The notes: a model not told the origin generated them from the letters alone. Counted from the first letter of the stretch, positions 1 to 9,389 are shown. The stretch: DNA of 64,000 bases from an uncultured Gemmatimonadales bacterium (GCA_963748815.1 CAVVKJ010000010.1:662124-726123); one strand, 5' to 3'. Numbers and translations: made by a program.

Positions 1-237
1 GTCGAGGTGTCGATCGCGTTGAGTGCGGCCGACCGCGAGCGCGAATGCGCGCGGCTGGCCAAGGAGGAGGCGCACCTCCGGCAGCTCGTCGCGGCGCAGG
101 AAAAGAAGCTCGGCAACGAGCAATTCGTGGCGCGGGCCCCCGCCGCCGTCGTCGAGGGAGAGCGCCAGAAGCTCGCCACCTGGTCGGAACAGGCGGACGC
201 GCTCGGCGAGAACCGCCGCCGCCTGGGTTGTGCATGA
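1..237 (+). CDS. valS: valine--tRNA ligase, C-terminal fragment (5' end outside window)
   Basis: Frame open from base 1. KLGNEQFVARAPAAVVEGERQKL matches the ValRS C-terminal coiled-coil signature (E. coli [23 protein letters not shown]). TGA at 235-237 overlaps the next ATG. Confidence 0.8.
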   Translation, partial: VEVSIALSAADRERECARLAKEEAHLRQLVAAQEKKLGNEQFVARAPAAVVEGERQKLATWSEQADALGENRRRLGCA

Positions 238-1511
238 CCGGGCGCCGCCTGGCGGGAGCGATCCTGGCGCTCGCCATCGCGGCGTGCGCCAAGATGGAAC
301 CCCCGCCGGGCGGCCCCCCTGACCTCGTTCCCCCCGGGTTGATCGCCACCGTTCCGGAATCACTCACCGTCCTGCCCGAGTTTTCCGGAGACGTCGAGTT
401 CCTCTTCAACGAGACCGTCTCCGAAGGCGGCAGCCCGAACATGGGCCTCGGCACCGGCGACCTTGAAAAGCTCGTCATCCTCTCGCCGAGCGAGAAGGTG
501 CCCAAGGTCCGGTGGAAACGGAGCCGCGTCACCGTCCGACCGGCGGAGGGCTGGCAACCAAACACCGTCTACCGCGTGCAACTCCTGCCCGGCGTGATGG
601 ACATCCGGCGCAACCGCTTCGACAGTACCCGGGTCGTCACCTTCACCACCGGCGCCCCGCTTCCCGAGTTGCACCTGACCGGCCAGGTCTGGGATTGGAC
701 CACCGGCCGCCCCGCCCCGCGCGCCCTCGTCATTGCCGTGCTCCTCCCCGACAGCCTGCGGTACCGGATGATGGCCGACAGCGCGGGCAAGTTCGACTTC
801 GGCCCGCTGCCGGCAGGCGACTACCTCGTCTACGGCGCCATCGACCAGAATAGGAACGCCCGGCTCGACCGCCGGGAGGCGTGGGACTCCCTTCCTGTGC
901 CGCGCGACAGCACCGCGGTCCCGGAACTGTGGGCCTTTCCGCACGACTCTGTCGGGCCACGGCTCTCGAAGGCCGAGGTGAAGGACTCGCTGTCCGCCAC
1001 CCTGACCTTCAGCCAGCCGCTCGACCCCACCCAGCAGTTTGCGCCGGGCACGGTTCGCGTCGTCCTCCTCCCCGATTCGACCGTCGTCGAGGTGCTCTCG
1101 CTGCTGCCCAAGGCGGAACACGACTCGCTGTACCGTCCCCCGCCGCCACCGCCCGACACGACGGTGCCCGAAGCGCCGGCGCCGCCAAAGAAGGCCGTCG
1201 TCCCACCCGTCGTTGCGGACAGCGTGAAGCCGTCGCGGTCGCCCCTGTACACCTCCCTGGTGCTGCGGGTGGCCGCGGCCTGGAACCCAAAATCCACCTA
1301 CGTGATTGAGATCGACTCGCTCCGAAACGCGAACGGCGCCCCGGCGGACATCCGCGGGCCGCTGGAGGTGCCGGAGGTGAAGGTCGACTCGACCGCCGTC
1401 GCCGCGGATTCCGCGGCAGCACTTCGCGATTCGATGCCGACGCCGCCGGATTCCGCCGCCCCGCCCACGCCGCCGGGGGACTCCCTCCCGCCGAAGCCGC
1501 CGGCTCGATGA
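234..1511 (+). CDS. lipoprotein with Ig-like (SbsA-type) domain and Pro-rich C-terminus
   Basis: Internal ATG at 234 in ORF 45..1511 gives MTGRRLAGAILALAIAAC (signal peptide plus lipobox Cys). The upstream part of the ORF is Arg/Gly junk overlapping valS. ATGA overlaps at both ends. Confidence 0.7.
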   Translation: MTGRRLAGAILALAIAACAKMEPPPGGPPDLVPPGLIATVPESLTVLPEFSGDVEFLFNETVSEGGSPNMGLGTGDLEKLVILSPSEKVPKVRWKRSRVTVRPAEGWQPNTVYRVQLLPGVMDIRRNRFDSTRVVTFTTGAPLPELHLTGQVWDWTTGRPAPRALVIAVLLPDSLRYRMMADSAGKFDFGPLPAGDYLVYGAIDQNRNARLDRREAWDSLPVPRDSTAVPELWAFPHDSVGPRLSKAEVKDSLSATLTFSQPLDPTQQFAPGTVRVVLLPDSTVVEVLSLLPKAEHDSLYRPPPPPPDTTVPEAPAPPKKAVVPPVVADSVKPSRSPLYTSLVLRVAAAWNPKSTYVIEIDSLRNANGAPADIRGPLEVPEVKVDSTAVAADSAAALRDSMPTPPDSAAPPTPPGDSLPPKPPAR

Positions 1512-2881
1512 ACGACGACCCGCGCCGACGGCTGCCGTCGGTGGACCGGGTGCTGCAGGAGCCCGCCGTCCGCCGGCTCCTCGAGTCGGTTCCCCGGAGC
1601 GTGGTCGTCGCCGCCGCCCGCGAAGCGGTGGCGATCGCGCGCGAGGGCCGCGGAGACCCGCCGGAGGATTGGGGCGCGGAGGTCGAGGAACGGGCGACAC
1701 GCATCGGCCGGCGGTCGCTCCAGCCGGTGCTCAATGCCACCGGCGTCGTCCTGCACACAAACCTCGGCCGAGCCCCGCTGGCCCGGACGGCGCTGGAAGC
1801 GGTTGCTGCCGTCGCCTCGGGATACAGCTCCCTGGAGTTTGATCTCGAGGCCGGCGTGCGCGGACATCGGACGGACCACGGGCGTCGCCTCCTCGCGGAG
1901 TTGACTGGCGCGGAGGATGCGCTCGTGGTCAACAACGCCGCCTCCGCGCTGGTCGTCGCGCTCAACACCGTGGCCGCCGGAACGGAAGTCGTGATTTCGC
2001 GAGGGGAACTGGTGGAGATCGGCGGCTCGTTCCGCATCCCCGACATCCTGGCGAAGAGCGGTGCGCGGCTCCGCGAGGTCGGCACCACCAACCGGACCCA
2101 TCTCGACGACTACCGCGGCGCACTCGGGCCGGCCACCGGCGCCATCCTCAAGGTCCATCAGTCGAATTTCGGTCAGTCGGGTTTTGTCCACTCCCCCGCC
2201 GGCCCGGAGCTGGCCCGACTCGCACAGGAGCACGGGCTGCCCCTGCTGCACGACATCGGCAGCGGGCTGCTCGCCGATCTCACCGCGTTCGGGCTGGACA
2301 CGGAGCCCCGGGTGCCGACCGCGGTCGCCGAGGGCGCCGACCTGGTCATCTTTTCGGGAGACAAGCTCCTCGGCGGCCCGCAGGCCGGGTGCCTCGTCGG
2401 CAAGGCGGCGTTGCTCGCGCGCTGCCGGGCCAATCCCTTCGCCCGCGCGGCGCGCGCGGACAAGATGACCTTCGCCGCGCTCGAGGCGACCCTCGAACTC
2501 TATCGCGATCCCGAGCTGGCCCTTCGCGAGATTCCGGTCCTGACCATGCTGACACTGACCGGCGACGAGCTGGCGCGTCGAGCACAGGCGCTGGCGTCTT
2601 CGATTCACACTCACTTCCCCGCTTCCCCGCTTCCCCGCCTTGTCACCGGTTCGTCGGCGACTGGCGGCGGCTCCTTTCCGACAGCCGAGCTGCCGACCAC
2701 GCTCGTGGTCCTCGACCCCGGCCCGCGCGGCGCGGATGCCCTCGCACTCGCGCTTCGCCTCGGCGACCCGGCCGTCGTGGCCCGGGTGGAGAACGGAGCG
2801 GTCGTCCTCGACCCCCGGACACTTCCGGAGGGCTGCTTCCCCGAATTGGCAGCGGCAATCGCGAGAGCAGTTCAGGAATGA
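1508..2881 (+). CDS. selA: L-seryl-tRNA(Sec) selenium transferase
   Basis: 457 aa. Contains LQPVLNATGVVLHTNLGRAPL and FSGDKLLGGPQAG (PLP-Lys region), both typical of SelA. Confidence 0.9.
   Translation: MNDDPRRRLPSVDRVLQEPAVRRLLESVPRSVVVAAAREAVAIAREGRGDPPEDWGAEVEERATRIGRRSLQPVLNATGVVLHTNLGRAPLARTALEAVAAVASGYSSLEFDLEAGVRGHRTDHGRRLLAELTGAEDALVVNNAASALVVALNTVAAGTEVVISRGELVEIGGSFRIPDILAKSGARLREVGTTNRTHLDDYRGALGPATGAILKVHQSNFGQSGFVHSPAGPELARLAQEHGLPLLHDIGSGLLADLTAFGLDTEPRVPTAVAEGADLVIFSGDKLLGGPQAGCLVGKAALLARCRANPFARAARADKMTFAALEATLELYRDPELALREIPVLTMLTLTGDELARRAQALASSIHTHFPASPLPRLVTGSSATGGGSFPTAELPTTLVVLDPGPRGADALALALRLGDPAVVARVENGAVVLDPRTLPEGCFPELAAAIARAVQE
2615..2638. repeat. tandem octamer array (TTCCCCGC)x3 inside selA
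   Basis: Three perfect 8-nt units read directly from the sequence. They translate as FPASPLPR, and 24 nt is frame-neutral. Confidence 0.9.
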
Positions 2882-3480
2882 CCAACCGCCCGCCCGCAGG
2901 CCTCCCCGCTTTCCCGCTTCCCCGCCGGGCAGCCTTCATCGACCGCGACGGCACCCTCGTCAACGATCCCGGTTTCCAGCGCGATCCCTCCACGGTCGAG
3001 CTCCTGCCGGGTGCCGCCGCGGCGGTGGCGCGGCTGAACGCGGCGGGGGTCGCGGTCATCGTCGTCACCAACCAGTCGGGAATCGCCCGGGGACTCATCA
3101 CGCCGGCGGAGTATGCCGCCGTCGAGCGGGCCATCACCACGCGATTCGCCGAGCAGGGCGCGCGGCTCGACGCGACCTATCACTGCCCGCACTATCCCGA
3201 CATCGGCGGCCCCTGCGACTGCCGCAAGCCGGGCACCCTGCTCTACCGGCGGGCCGCGGAGGAGTGGCAGATCGACCTCGCCGCCAGCTGGGGGGTCGGC
3301 GACCGCGTTTCGGACCTCGAGCCGGTGCTCGCCCTCGGCGGGCGGGGCCTCCTGGTGCGGACCGGAGCGGGACGAAAGCACGAATCGGCGGCCAGGGCGG
3401 CGGCGTACCCGGTGGTGGAGGATCTCTCGGCGGCCGTGGACCTGATCTTGGGCGGGATCCCGCCGAACGGCACCCCCTAG
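2878..3480 (+). CDS. gmhB: D-glycero-D-manno-heptose 1,7-bisphosphate phosphatase (HAD-IIIA)
   Basis: ATG at 2878 (ATGA overlap with the selA stop). Motifs FIDRDGTL, VTNQSG and Zn-type CPHYPDIGGPCDCRKP are present. Confidence 0.8.
   Translation: MTNRPPAGLPAFPLPRRAAFIDRDGTLVNDPGFQRDPSTVELLPGAAAAVARLNAAGVAVIVVTNQSGIARGLITPAEYAAVERAITTRFAEQGARLDATYHCPHYPDIGGPCDCRKPGTLLYRRAAEEWQIDLAASWGVGDRVSDLEPVLALGGRGLLVRTGAGRKHESAARAAAYPVVEDLSAAVDLILGGIPPNGTP
2902..2925. repeat. tandem octamer array CTCCCCGC-TTTCCCGC-TTCCCCGC inside the gmhB 5' end
   Basis: Three near-identical 8-nt units in the same orientation as 2615-2638. They translate as LPAFPLPR. Confidence 0.8.
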
Positions 3481-3514
3481 GGAGGGAGGGGGTCCCCCCT
3501 TACTTTTCAGGGTT

Positions 3515-4108
3515 ATGTCGTATCGCGTGGCGGTCTGTGTTTCGGGCGGGGGCAGCAACCTGCAGGCGCTGCTCGATCAGCTCCAGGGGGACGCGCCAGC
3601 GCGGGTCGTGCTGGTGCTGAGCAACCGGGCGGAGGCGGGCGGGTTGGAGCGGGCGCGCCGGGCGGGTGTCCCGGCCGAAGTCCTCGCCGACCCGGCCGAC
3701 GCTTCGGAGTGGATTACCCGGCTGGGCCGTCGGGATGTGGACCTCCTGGTGCTCGCCGGGTACCTGAAGCTGGTGCCGCCTGGCGTGGTGCAGAAGTTTG
3801 CGGGCCGGATCGTGAACGTGCACCCGGCCCTCCTGCCTGCGTTCGGCGGGCCGGGGATGTACGGAACCCGGGTGCACGAGGCGGTCATCGCCAGCGGCGT
3901 CCTGGAATCCGGCCCGACCGTGCACCTGGTGGACGAGGTGTACGACCGGGGAGCGATCCTGGCGCAGCGCCGGGTCCCGGTGCTGCCGGGCGACACGCCG
4001 GCGGCGCTGGCGGCGCGGGTGCTGGCGGAGGAACATCGCCTCCTGCCGGAGGTGGTCCTGGCGGCGGCGCGGGCCGGACGCCCGGTCGCGGTGTCGAACA
4101 CGGATTGA
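3515..4108 (+). CDS. purN: phosphoribosylglycinamide formyltransferase
   Basis: Contains VCVSGGGSNLQALLD and IVNVHPALLPAFGG motifs. 197 aa. Confidence 0.9.
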   Translation: MSYRVAVCVSGGGSNLQALLDQLQGDAPARVVLVLSNRAEAGGLERARRAGVPAEVLADPADASEWITRLGRRDVDLLVLAGYLKLVPPGVVQKFAGRIVNVHPALLPAFGGPGMYGTRVHEAVIASGVLESGPTVHLVDEVYDRGAILAQRRVPVLPGDTPAALAARVLAEEHRLLPEVVLAAARAGRPVAVSNTD

Positions 4109-4138
4109 TTCAGCAGTCGGATTCTACCTGGGAGTACC

Positions 4139-5668
4139 ATGCCGAGGGCATTGCTTTCTGTCAGTGACAAGCGGGGCGTCGTCGCCTTCGCGCAGGGCCT
4201 GGTGCAGTTGGGGTGGGACATCGTCTCCACCGGCGGGACGGCGGCGGCGCTGAAGGCGGCGGGCGTCCCGGTGCAATCGGTGGAGTCGATCACGAACTTC
4301 CCCGAGATGCTCGACGGGCGCGTCAAGACGCTCCACCCGATGGTGCACGGCGGCCTGCTTGGGCGCCGCGACAACCCGGTCCACCTCCGCGCCATGGACG
4401 AGCACGGCATCACGCCGATCGACCTGGTGGCGGTGAACCTCTACCCCTTCCGCGCCACCATTTCGCAGCCGGACGTCTCGTTCGAGGACGCGATCGAGAA
4501 CATCGACATCGGCGGGCCGTCGATGCTCCGCTCGGCGGCCAAGAACCACGAGTTTGTCCTCCCGGTGGTGGAACCGTCGGACTACCCGGAAGTCCTCGCC
4601 CTGCTCCGCGCCGGGGAGATTCCGCAGCAGACGCGCCGCGCGTACGCCGCGAAGGTCTTTGCCCATACCGCCGACTACGACACCGCCATTGCCGGCTATC
4701 TCACCCCGCGCGAGGAAGGGCTCCCCGCCCGCCTCGGCGGATCGCTCGAGCGGATGGCCTCGCTCCGGTATGGCGAGAACCCGCAGCAGCGGGCGGCGCT
4801 GTATGTCACGGAGGAGCCGCGTGGCATCCGGGACCTGACGCAGCGCCAGGGGAAGGAACTCTCCTTCAACAACATCCTCGACCTCGACGGCGCCATGGCC
4901 GCCGTGGCGCCGTGGACCAACCGGCCGGCCTGCGCCGTCATCAAGCACACCACGCCCTGCGGGCTGGCCGTCGGCCCGTCGGCGCTGGAGGCGTGGCGGA
5001 AGGCGGTGGCCACCGACCCGCAGTCGGCCTTCGGCGGCGTGGTCGCGTTCAACACCGTCGTCTGTCGGGCCACCGCCGAAGCGATGGTGGGGATGTTCCT
5101 CGAAGTGATCGTGGCCCCCTCCTTCCATGAGGAGGCGCTCAAGATCCTGGCCACCAAGAAGAACTTGCGGGTCATCGAGCTTCCGGTCAGTCACGGCGAG
5201 CAGGGACTCGACTACAAGTGCGTGCGCGGCGGGTTCCTCGTGCAGGATCGCTTCCAGTTCGATCCCTCCGAGGAGGCCTGGCGCGTCCCGACGGTGCGGC
5301 ATCCCACGGAGAAGGAGTGGGGCGACCTCCGGTTCGGATGGGCCGGGGTGGCGGCGGTGAAGTCGAACGCGATCATGCTGGTCCGGGACGAGGCCGCGAT
5401 CGGGATCGGCGCCGGCCAGATGAGCCGGGTGGACGCGTCGTTTCTCGCGGTGCACAAGGCGCGGCAGCAGGGGCACGAGCCGCGGGGCGCCGTCCTCGCG
5501 AGCGACGGGTTCTTCCCCTTCCCCGACGGCGTGGAAGCGGCGGCGGAAGCCGGCGTGACCGCCATCATCCAGCCGGGCGGGTCGGTCAAGGATGACGACG
5601 TGATCGCCGCGGCAGACCGGCTCGGCCTCGCGATGGTGCTCACCGGTTCGCGGCAGTTCAGGCACTAA
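4139..5668 (+). CDS. purH: bifunctional AICAR transformylase / IMP cyclohydrolase
   Basis: 509 aa. Contains ALLSVSDKRGVV, GRVKTLHP and a C-terminal GGSVKDDDVI motif. Lies downstream of purN. Confidence 0.95.
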   Translation: MPRALLSVSDKRGVVAFAQGLVQLGWDIVSTGGTAAALKAAGVPVQSVESITNFPEMLDGRVKTLHPMVHGGLLGRRDNPVHLRAMDEHGITPIDLVAVNLYPFRATISQPDVSFEDAIENIDIGGPSMLRSAAKNHEFVLPVVEPSDYPEVLALLRAGEIPQQTRRAYAAKVFAHTADYDTAIAGYLTPREEGLPARLGGSLERMASLRYGENPQQRAALYVTEEPRGIRDLTQRQGKELSFNNILDLDGAMAAVAPWTNRPACAVIKHTTPCGLAVGPSALEAWRKAVATDPQSAFGGVVAFNTVVCRATAEAMVGMFLEVIVAPSFHEEALKILATKKNLRVIELPVSHGEQGLDYKCVRGGFLVQDRFQFDPSEEAWRVPTVRHPTEKEWGDLRFGWAGVAAVKSNAIMLVRDEAAIGIGAGQMSRVDASFLAVHKARQQGHEPRGAVLASDGFFPFPDGVEAAAEAGVTAIIQPGGSVKDDDVIAAADRLGLAMVLTGSRQFRH

Positions 5669-5678
5669 CGGAGACTTC

Positions 5679-7841
5679 GTGACGAACAGCAAACCCGCGA
5701 CCCCGTACCGCTGGGCCGCCCTCGTCGGGCTGGCAGTCTTCGGCATCTACATTGCCACCCTCGCCCCGACGACCGCCTTCTGGGACACCTCCGAGTACAT
5801 CGCCGCGGCGAAGGTGCTCGGCATTCCCCATCCGCCGGGCAACCCGCTCTTCGTGATCCTCGCCCACACCTGGGGATTGCTCCCGCTGGCCGGCGAGTAC
5901 GCCAAGCGGATCAACCTCTTCGCCGCCTTCACGAGTGCGGCCTCGGCGGCGCTCTGGTTCCTCATCGCCGAGCGCTGGCTTCGCGAGATCGTGCCGGTCC
6001 GCTGGGGCCGCCTCCTCGCCGCGGCCGCCGGGACGCTGGTCTCCGCCACCTCGTGGACCGTCTGGAACCAGTCGGCGGTCAACGAGAAGGTGTACACGGT
6101 GTCGCTGCTCTCGATGGCGCTGGTCACCTGGCTCGCCGTGCACTGGGGCGACGACGACCCCGGCCCGCACCGCGACCGGTGGGTCATCCTGATCGCCTAC
6201 ATCATCGCGCTCTCCACCACCAACCACCTGATGGGGCTGCTCGCGGCGCCGGCGGTCGCGATCTACATCCTCTGGACCGACTGGAAGGTGGTCACGCGCC
6301 CCTGGGTCGTGGTGGGCGTCATCACCGCCGTCCTCGTGGGCGTGTCGCTCAACTATCTCTTCCTCCCGATTCGGGCCGGGCTGTTCCCCCCGATCAACGA
6401 AGGGGAGCCGGTCGGCTTCTTCAGCCAGGCGCTGATGGACGTCATCAACCGGGTCCAGTACGCCAAGCCGCCGGTCCTCGACCGGCAGGCGGACCTCCTC
6501 TCCCAGTACGGGAACTACCTGCAGTATTTCCGCTGGCAGTTTGCCCGTGACTGGGGCAGCGCCGCCGGGGCCGCCGCGGCGCTCTTCGCGATGCTCGGCC
6601 TGTACGGCCTCTGGGAGTTGATCCGCCGCGACAAGCGCGCGGGCTTCGCGGCGCTCGCCATGTTCGGCACCCTGACGGTGGCGCTGGTGTTCTACCTCAA
6701 CTTCAAGTACGGCTTCTCGATGCACCTCGAGCGGGACATCCCGCGCGAGGTGCGTGAGCGCGACTACTTCTTCATGGGGTCGTTCTCCTACTTCGGCGTG
6801 CTGGTCGCACTCGGGCTCGGCGCGCTCTATCGGGGCATCGCCGACTCCCTGGCCGTCCGGATCCCTGATGCGAAACGATGGCTCTTCGCGTCTCCCATCT
6901 TCCTGGTCGCCCTGATTCCGCTGGCCGGCAACCACGCCTCCGCGACGCGAGCCAACGAGTACCTGGCCCGGGACCTCGCCATCGACATGCTGGAGTCGCT
7001 CGAGCCGTACGGCATCCTCATCACCGCGGGCGACAACGACACCTTTCCGCTCTGGTTCGCGCAGGAAGTCCTCGGTGTCCGGCCGGACGTGACGCTGGCG
7101 AACCTCTCGCTGATGAACACCCGCTGGCATCTCCGGCAGCTGCAGCGCCGGGAGACGCCGGAGTTCGACCCCGCCAGCGCGGCCCGCGTCTGGCGACCCG
7201 GCCCCGCCGAGACCGGCATCGCGCTGGCGGACAGCGCGGCCGGGGCTCCGGCCGCGGCCTGGCCTCGCCCCGACGGGTCCGTCTTCCAGAGCTTCTCGGC
7301 GGCGCAGATGGACAGCCTGCCGGAGGCGATCGCGGTCAAGAAGGGCACGGGCCTCCGGGTGGACAGCCTCGTGATCGCGTTCGGCCAGGAATACCTCACG
7401 CTGCAGGACATCGCCACCGTGGCGCTGATCCGCGACAACCTGGGCAAGCGGCCGATTTACTTCAGCTGGAGCGACGGCAACTACCCCGACGGCGTCCTCG
7501 GCCTGACAGAGTACCTCCTCACCACGGGGCTCGTCCGCAAGGTGATGCCGAAGCCGATCAAGGAGGGCAACGGCATCGTGCTGTCGAAGACCCTCGGCTT
7601 CGTGGACCTCGAAGTCACCCGGAAGCTGCTCTGGGAGACGTACCACTGGCCGAGCGCCACGCGCAGCCGCGAGCGGGGCTGGGTCGACGTCCCCTCGTCC
7701 TCGATCCTCCAGCTGTACGGGATCATCTATCGCGAAACCGGGGTCATCCTGCGGTCGGAGGGCCTGGTGGACGAAGCGGCCCGGGCCGACTCCATCTCGG
7801 TCATGGTGCAGCAGAACATCATGCGGGGAGAACGAAACTAG
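5679..7841 (+). CDS. polytopic membrane protein, DUF2723/GT-C-like glycosyltransferase family
   Basis: GTG start. Contains TAFWDTSEYIAAAKVLGIPHPPGNPLF and many hydrophobic segments. 720 aa. Confidence 0.7.
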   Translation: MTNSKPATPYRWAALVGLAVFGIYIATLAPTTAFWDTSEYIAAAKVLGIPHPPGNPLFVILAHTWGLLPLAGEYAKRINLFAAFTSAASAALWFLIAERWLREIVPVRWGRLLAAAAGTLVSATSWTVWNQSAVNEKVYTVSLLSMALVTWLAVHWGDDDPGPHRDRWVILIAYIIALSTTNHLMGLLAAPAVAIYILWTDWKVVTRPWVVVGVITAVLVGVSLNYLFLPIRAGLFPPINEGEPVGFFSQALMDVINRVQYAKPPVLDRQADLLSQYGNYLQYFRWQFARDWGSAAGAAAALFAMLGLYGLWELIRRDKRAGFAALAMFGTLTVALVFYLNFKYGFSMHLERDIPREVRERDYFFMGSFSYFGVLVALGLGALYRGIADSLAVRIPDAKRWLFASPIFLVALIPLAGNHASATRANEYLARDLAIDMLESLEPYGILITAGDNDTFPLWFAQEVLGVRPDVTLANLSLMNTRWHLRQLQRRETPEFDPASAARVWRPGPAETGIALADSAAGAPAAAWPRPDGSVFQSFSAAQMDSLPEAIAVKKGTGLRVDSLVIAFGQEYLTLQDIATVALIRDNLGKRPIYFSWSDGNYPDGVLGLTEYLLTTGLVRKVMPKPIKEGNGIVLSKTLGFVDLEVTRKLLWETYHWPSATRSRERGWVDVPSSSILQLYGIIYRETGVILRSEGLVDEAARADSISVMVQQNIMRGERN

Positions 7842-7856
7842 GGACACACCGCGTTC

Positions 7857-7940
7857 GTCATTGCGAGGCCGCGCGGCGGCTGGAGCAACCTTGGACCGAG
7901 CTTGCTTCGTCGGCCCCGCCCGGGGCCTCCTCGCAATGAC
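7857..7940. repeat. 12-bp perfect inverted repeat (GTCATTGCGAGG / CCTCGCAATGAC) with a 60-nt spacer
   Basis: Arms at 7857-7868 and 7929-7940, read directly. Lies between the DUF2723 stop and tRNA-Ser. Confidence 0.8.
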
Positions 7941-7959
7941 ACAACGTGGTGCCTGGCGA

Positions 7960-8046
7960 GGCGTGGTGGCCGAGTGGTTTAAGGCAGCGGTCTTGAAAAC
8001 CGCCGAACCGGAAACGGTTCCGTGAGTTCGAATCTCACCCACGCCG
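7960..8046 (+). tRNA. tRNA-Ser (anticodon TGA)
   Basis: Acceptor GGCGTGG pairs with CCACGCC. Anticodon loop is CT-TGA-AA. A long variable arm is present, the T-loop is TTCGAAT and the discriminator is G. Confidence 0.9.
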
Positions 8047-8065
8047 TGGTGGCTGACGGGCCAAC

Positions 8066-8122
8066 GAGAAAGGGCGGGAAGGACAGACCGGGCATTCCCG
8101 GTCGTCCCTCCCGCCCTTCTTC
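8066..8122. terminator. long imperfect hairpin between convergent tRNA-Ser and the OMP gene
   Basis: GAGAAAGGGCGGGAAGGACAGACCGGG - CATT - CCCGGTCGTCCCTCCCGCCCTTCTTC. About 22 bp pair, with bulges. Confidence 0.5.
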
Positions 8123-8142
8123 GCGCCGGACTGCCTGAGGGG

Positions 8143-8757
8143 CTAGCGGCGCCCCATGAACGACAGGCCGACGCTGAGGTACTGGTACGACCCCGACTCG
8201 CCGCCGATGTACTTGCCGGCGTTGGCGGGATAGTTGTACTTGCCGAAGACGGCGATCTCGGTCTGCGATCCCTTGTTCAGGATGAACCCGAGTTCCGGGG
8301 CGAACCCCATGATCCAGTTGCTGGTCTCGACCGTGCCCGGGCCGATGTCCATCAGCTGCTTCATGTAGTACACACCGAGCCCGAGGCCGATGTAGGTCTG
8401 GACCCGGCCGCCCGCCTTGCTGTAGAGGTGCCCGGTCACCAGCAGCGGGAAGACGTTCATCGAGCGATACTGCTCGCCCGAGACGGTGCCGCCGGGAAAG
8501 TAGATCGCGTCGGTGGTGCTCTCGTAGAACGCGGTGTAGCCCAGCGAGACGCCGACGGTCACGTTCGGGTTGATGAAGCGGCGGCCCTCGACCGAGACGC
8601 CGATCCAGCTGTCGTTGCCGATGAAGTTCTCGGAGAGGTCGCCGGCGGGATTGGCCCAGGAGTAGGTCAGGCCGCCGAGGACCTGCGCGGAGGCGGGCGC
8701 GACCCCGGCCAGGCCGAGGGCGATGACGAGCATCGCGGCGCGGAGACGGGGGGTCAT
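8143..8757 (-). CDS. small outer-membrane beta-barrel protein (OmpW/OmpA-TM-like)
   Basis: Internal ATG at 8757 gives MTPRLRAAMLVIALGLAGVAPASAQ (signal peptide). The remainder has alternating beta-strand-like pattern. The upstream part of ORF 8143..9039 is junk. Confidence 0.7.
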   Translation of the reverse strand: MTPRLRAAMLVIALGLAGVAPASAQVLGGLTYSWANPAGDLSENFIGNDSWIGVSVEGRRFINPNVTVGVSLGYTAFYESTTDAIYFPGGTVSGEQYRSMNVFPLLVTGHLYSKAGGRVQTYIGLGLGVYYMKQLMDIGPGTVETSNWIMGFAPELGFILNKGSQTEIAVFGKYNYPANAGKYIGGESGSYQYLSVGLSFMGRR

Positions 8758-9389
8758 GGGTTCACCCGGAAGATGTAGAGGGATTGGGCGAAGGCCTGGT
8801 CGATGCCGTCGATGATGTCGTTGGCGAGCGCCGAGCCGGAACTCCCGGACACCACGCCGTTGATGCCGGCGAGCCACATCACCGGCGGCCGCGTCACGAC
8901 GGGCGGAACGCCGCCGGTGAGGTCGGCCATCGGGATCAGGATGGTGCCGGTGCTGTAGGTGTACCCCACGACGTCGGTCGGATAGTCCGGAATCCAGCCG
9001 CTGCAGACCCAGGGATACCAGTCCTCCCAGACCGCGCACCAGTCCTCGATGGAAATGTCGTAGTTGTCCTTGAGGGTCACGACCGGGTTGAGCGAGAGGT
9101 CGGCCGTGGCGGGATCCATGACCCGGGTGTACCCGCGGACCGTCATATTCGCGGCGGTGCGGGCGACAATCAGGCTGTCGTAGACGTGGCTGATGTTGTC
9201 GGTGCCGCCGAGATGGACAACGGTGTCCGGCATGTAGAAGGTGACAGCCGAGTCGAAGGCAAACAGGGTGTCATAAATGGTGGTGACCGACGCGTAGACG
9301 TTCGGCTGGCTGGCACGTTCGGGATAACAGGCGGCGAGCCCTGCCCCGACCGCCATCACAAGCCCGGTCGCCCGCAAGAACTTGCGCAT
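8754..9389 (-). CDS. lipoprotein (DUF4136-like)
   Basis: The last 211 codons of the 850-aa ORF start MRKFLRATGLVMAVGAGLAAC (lipobox). ATGA overlap with the downstream OMP gene. Confidence 0.7.
   Translation of the reverse strand: MRKFLRATGLVMAVGAGLAACYPERASQPNVYASVTTIYDTLFAFDSAVTFYMPDTVVHLGGTDNISHVYDSLIVARTAANMTVRGYTRVMDPATADLSLNPVVTLKDNYDISIEDWCAVWEDWYPWVCSGWIPDYPTDVVGYTYSTGTILIPMADLTGGVPPVVTRPPVMWLAGINGVVSGSSGSALANDIIDGIDQAFAQSLYIFRVNP

Noticed and set aside
4124-8042. Long minus-strand ORFs 4124..5746 and 5658..8042
   Set aside because: They are antisense to purH and the DUF2723 gene, and the second runs over tRNA-Ser. This is the GC-rich antisense artefact.
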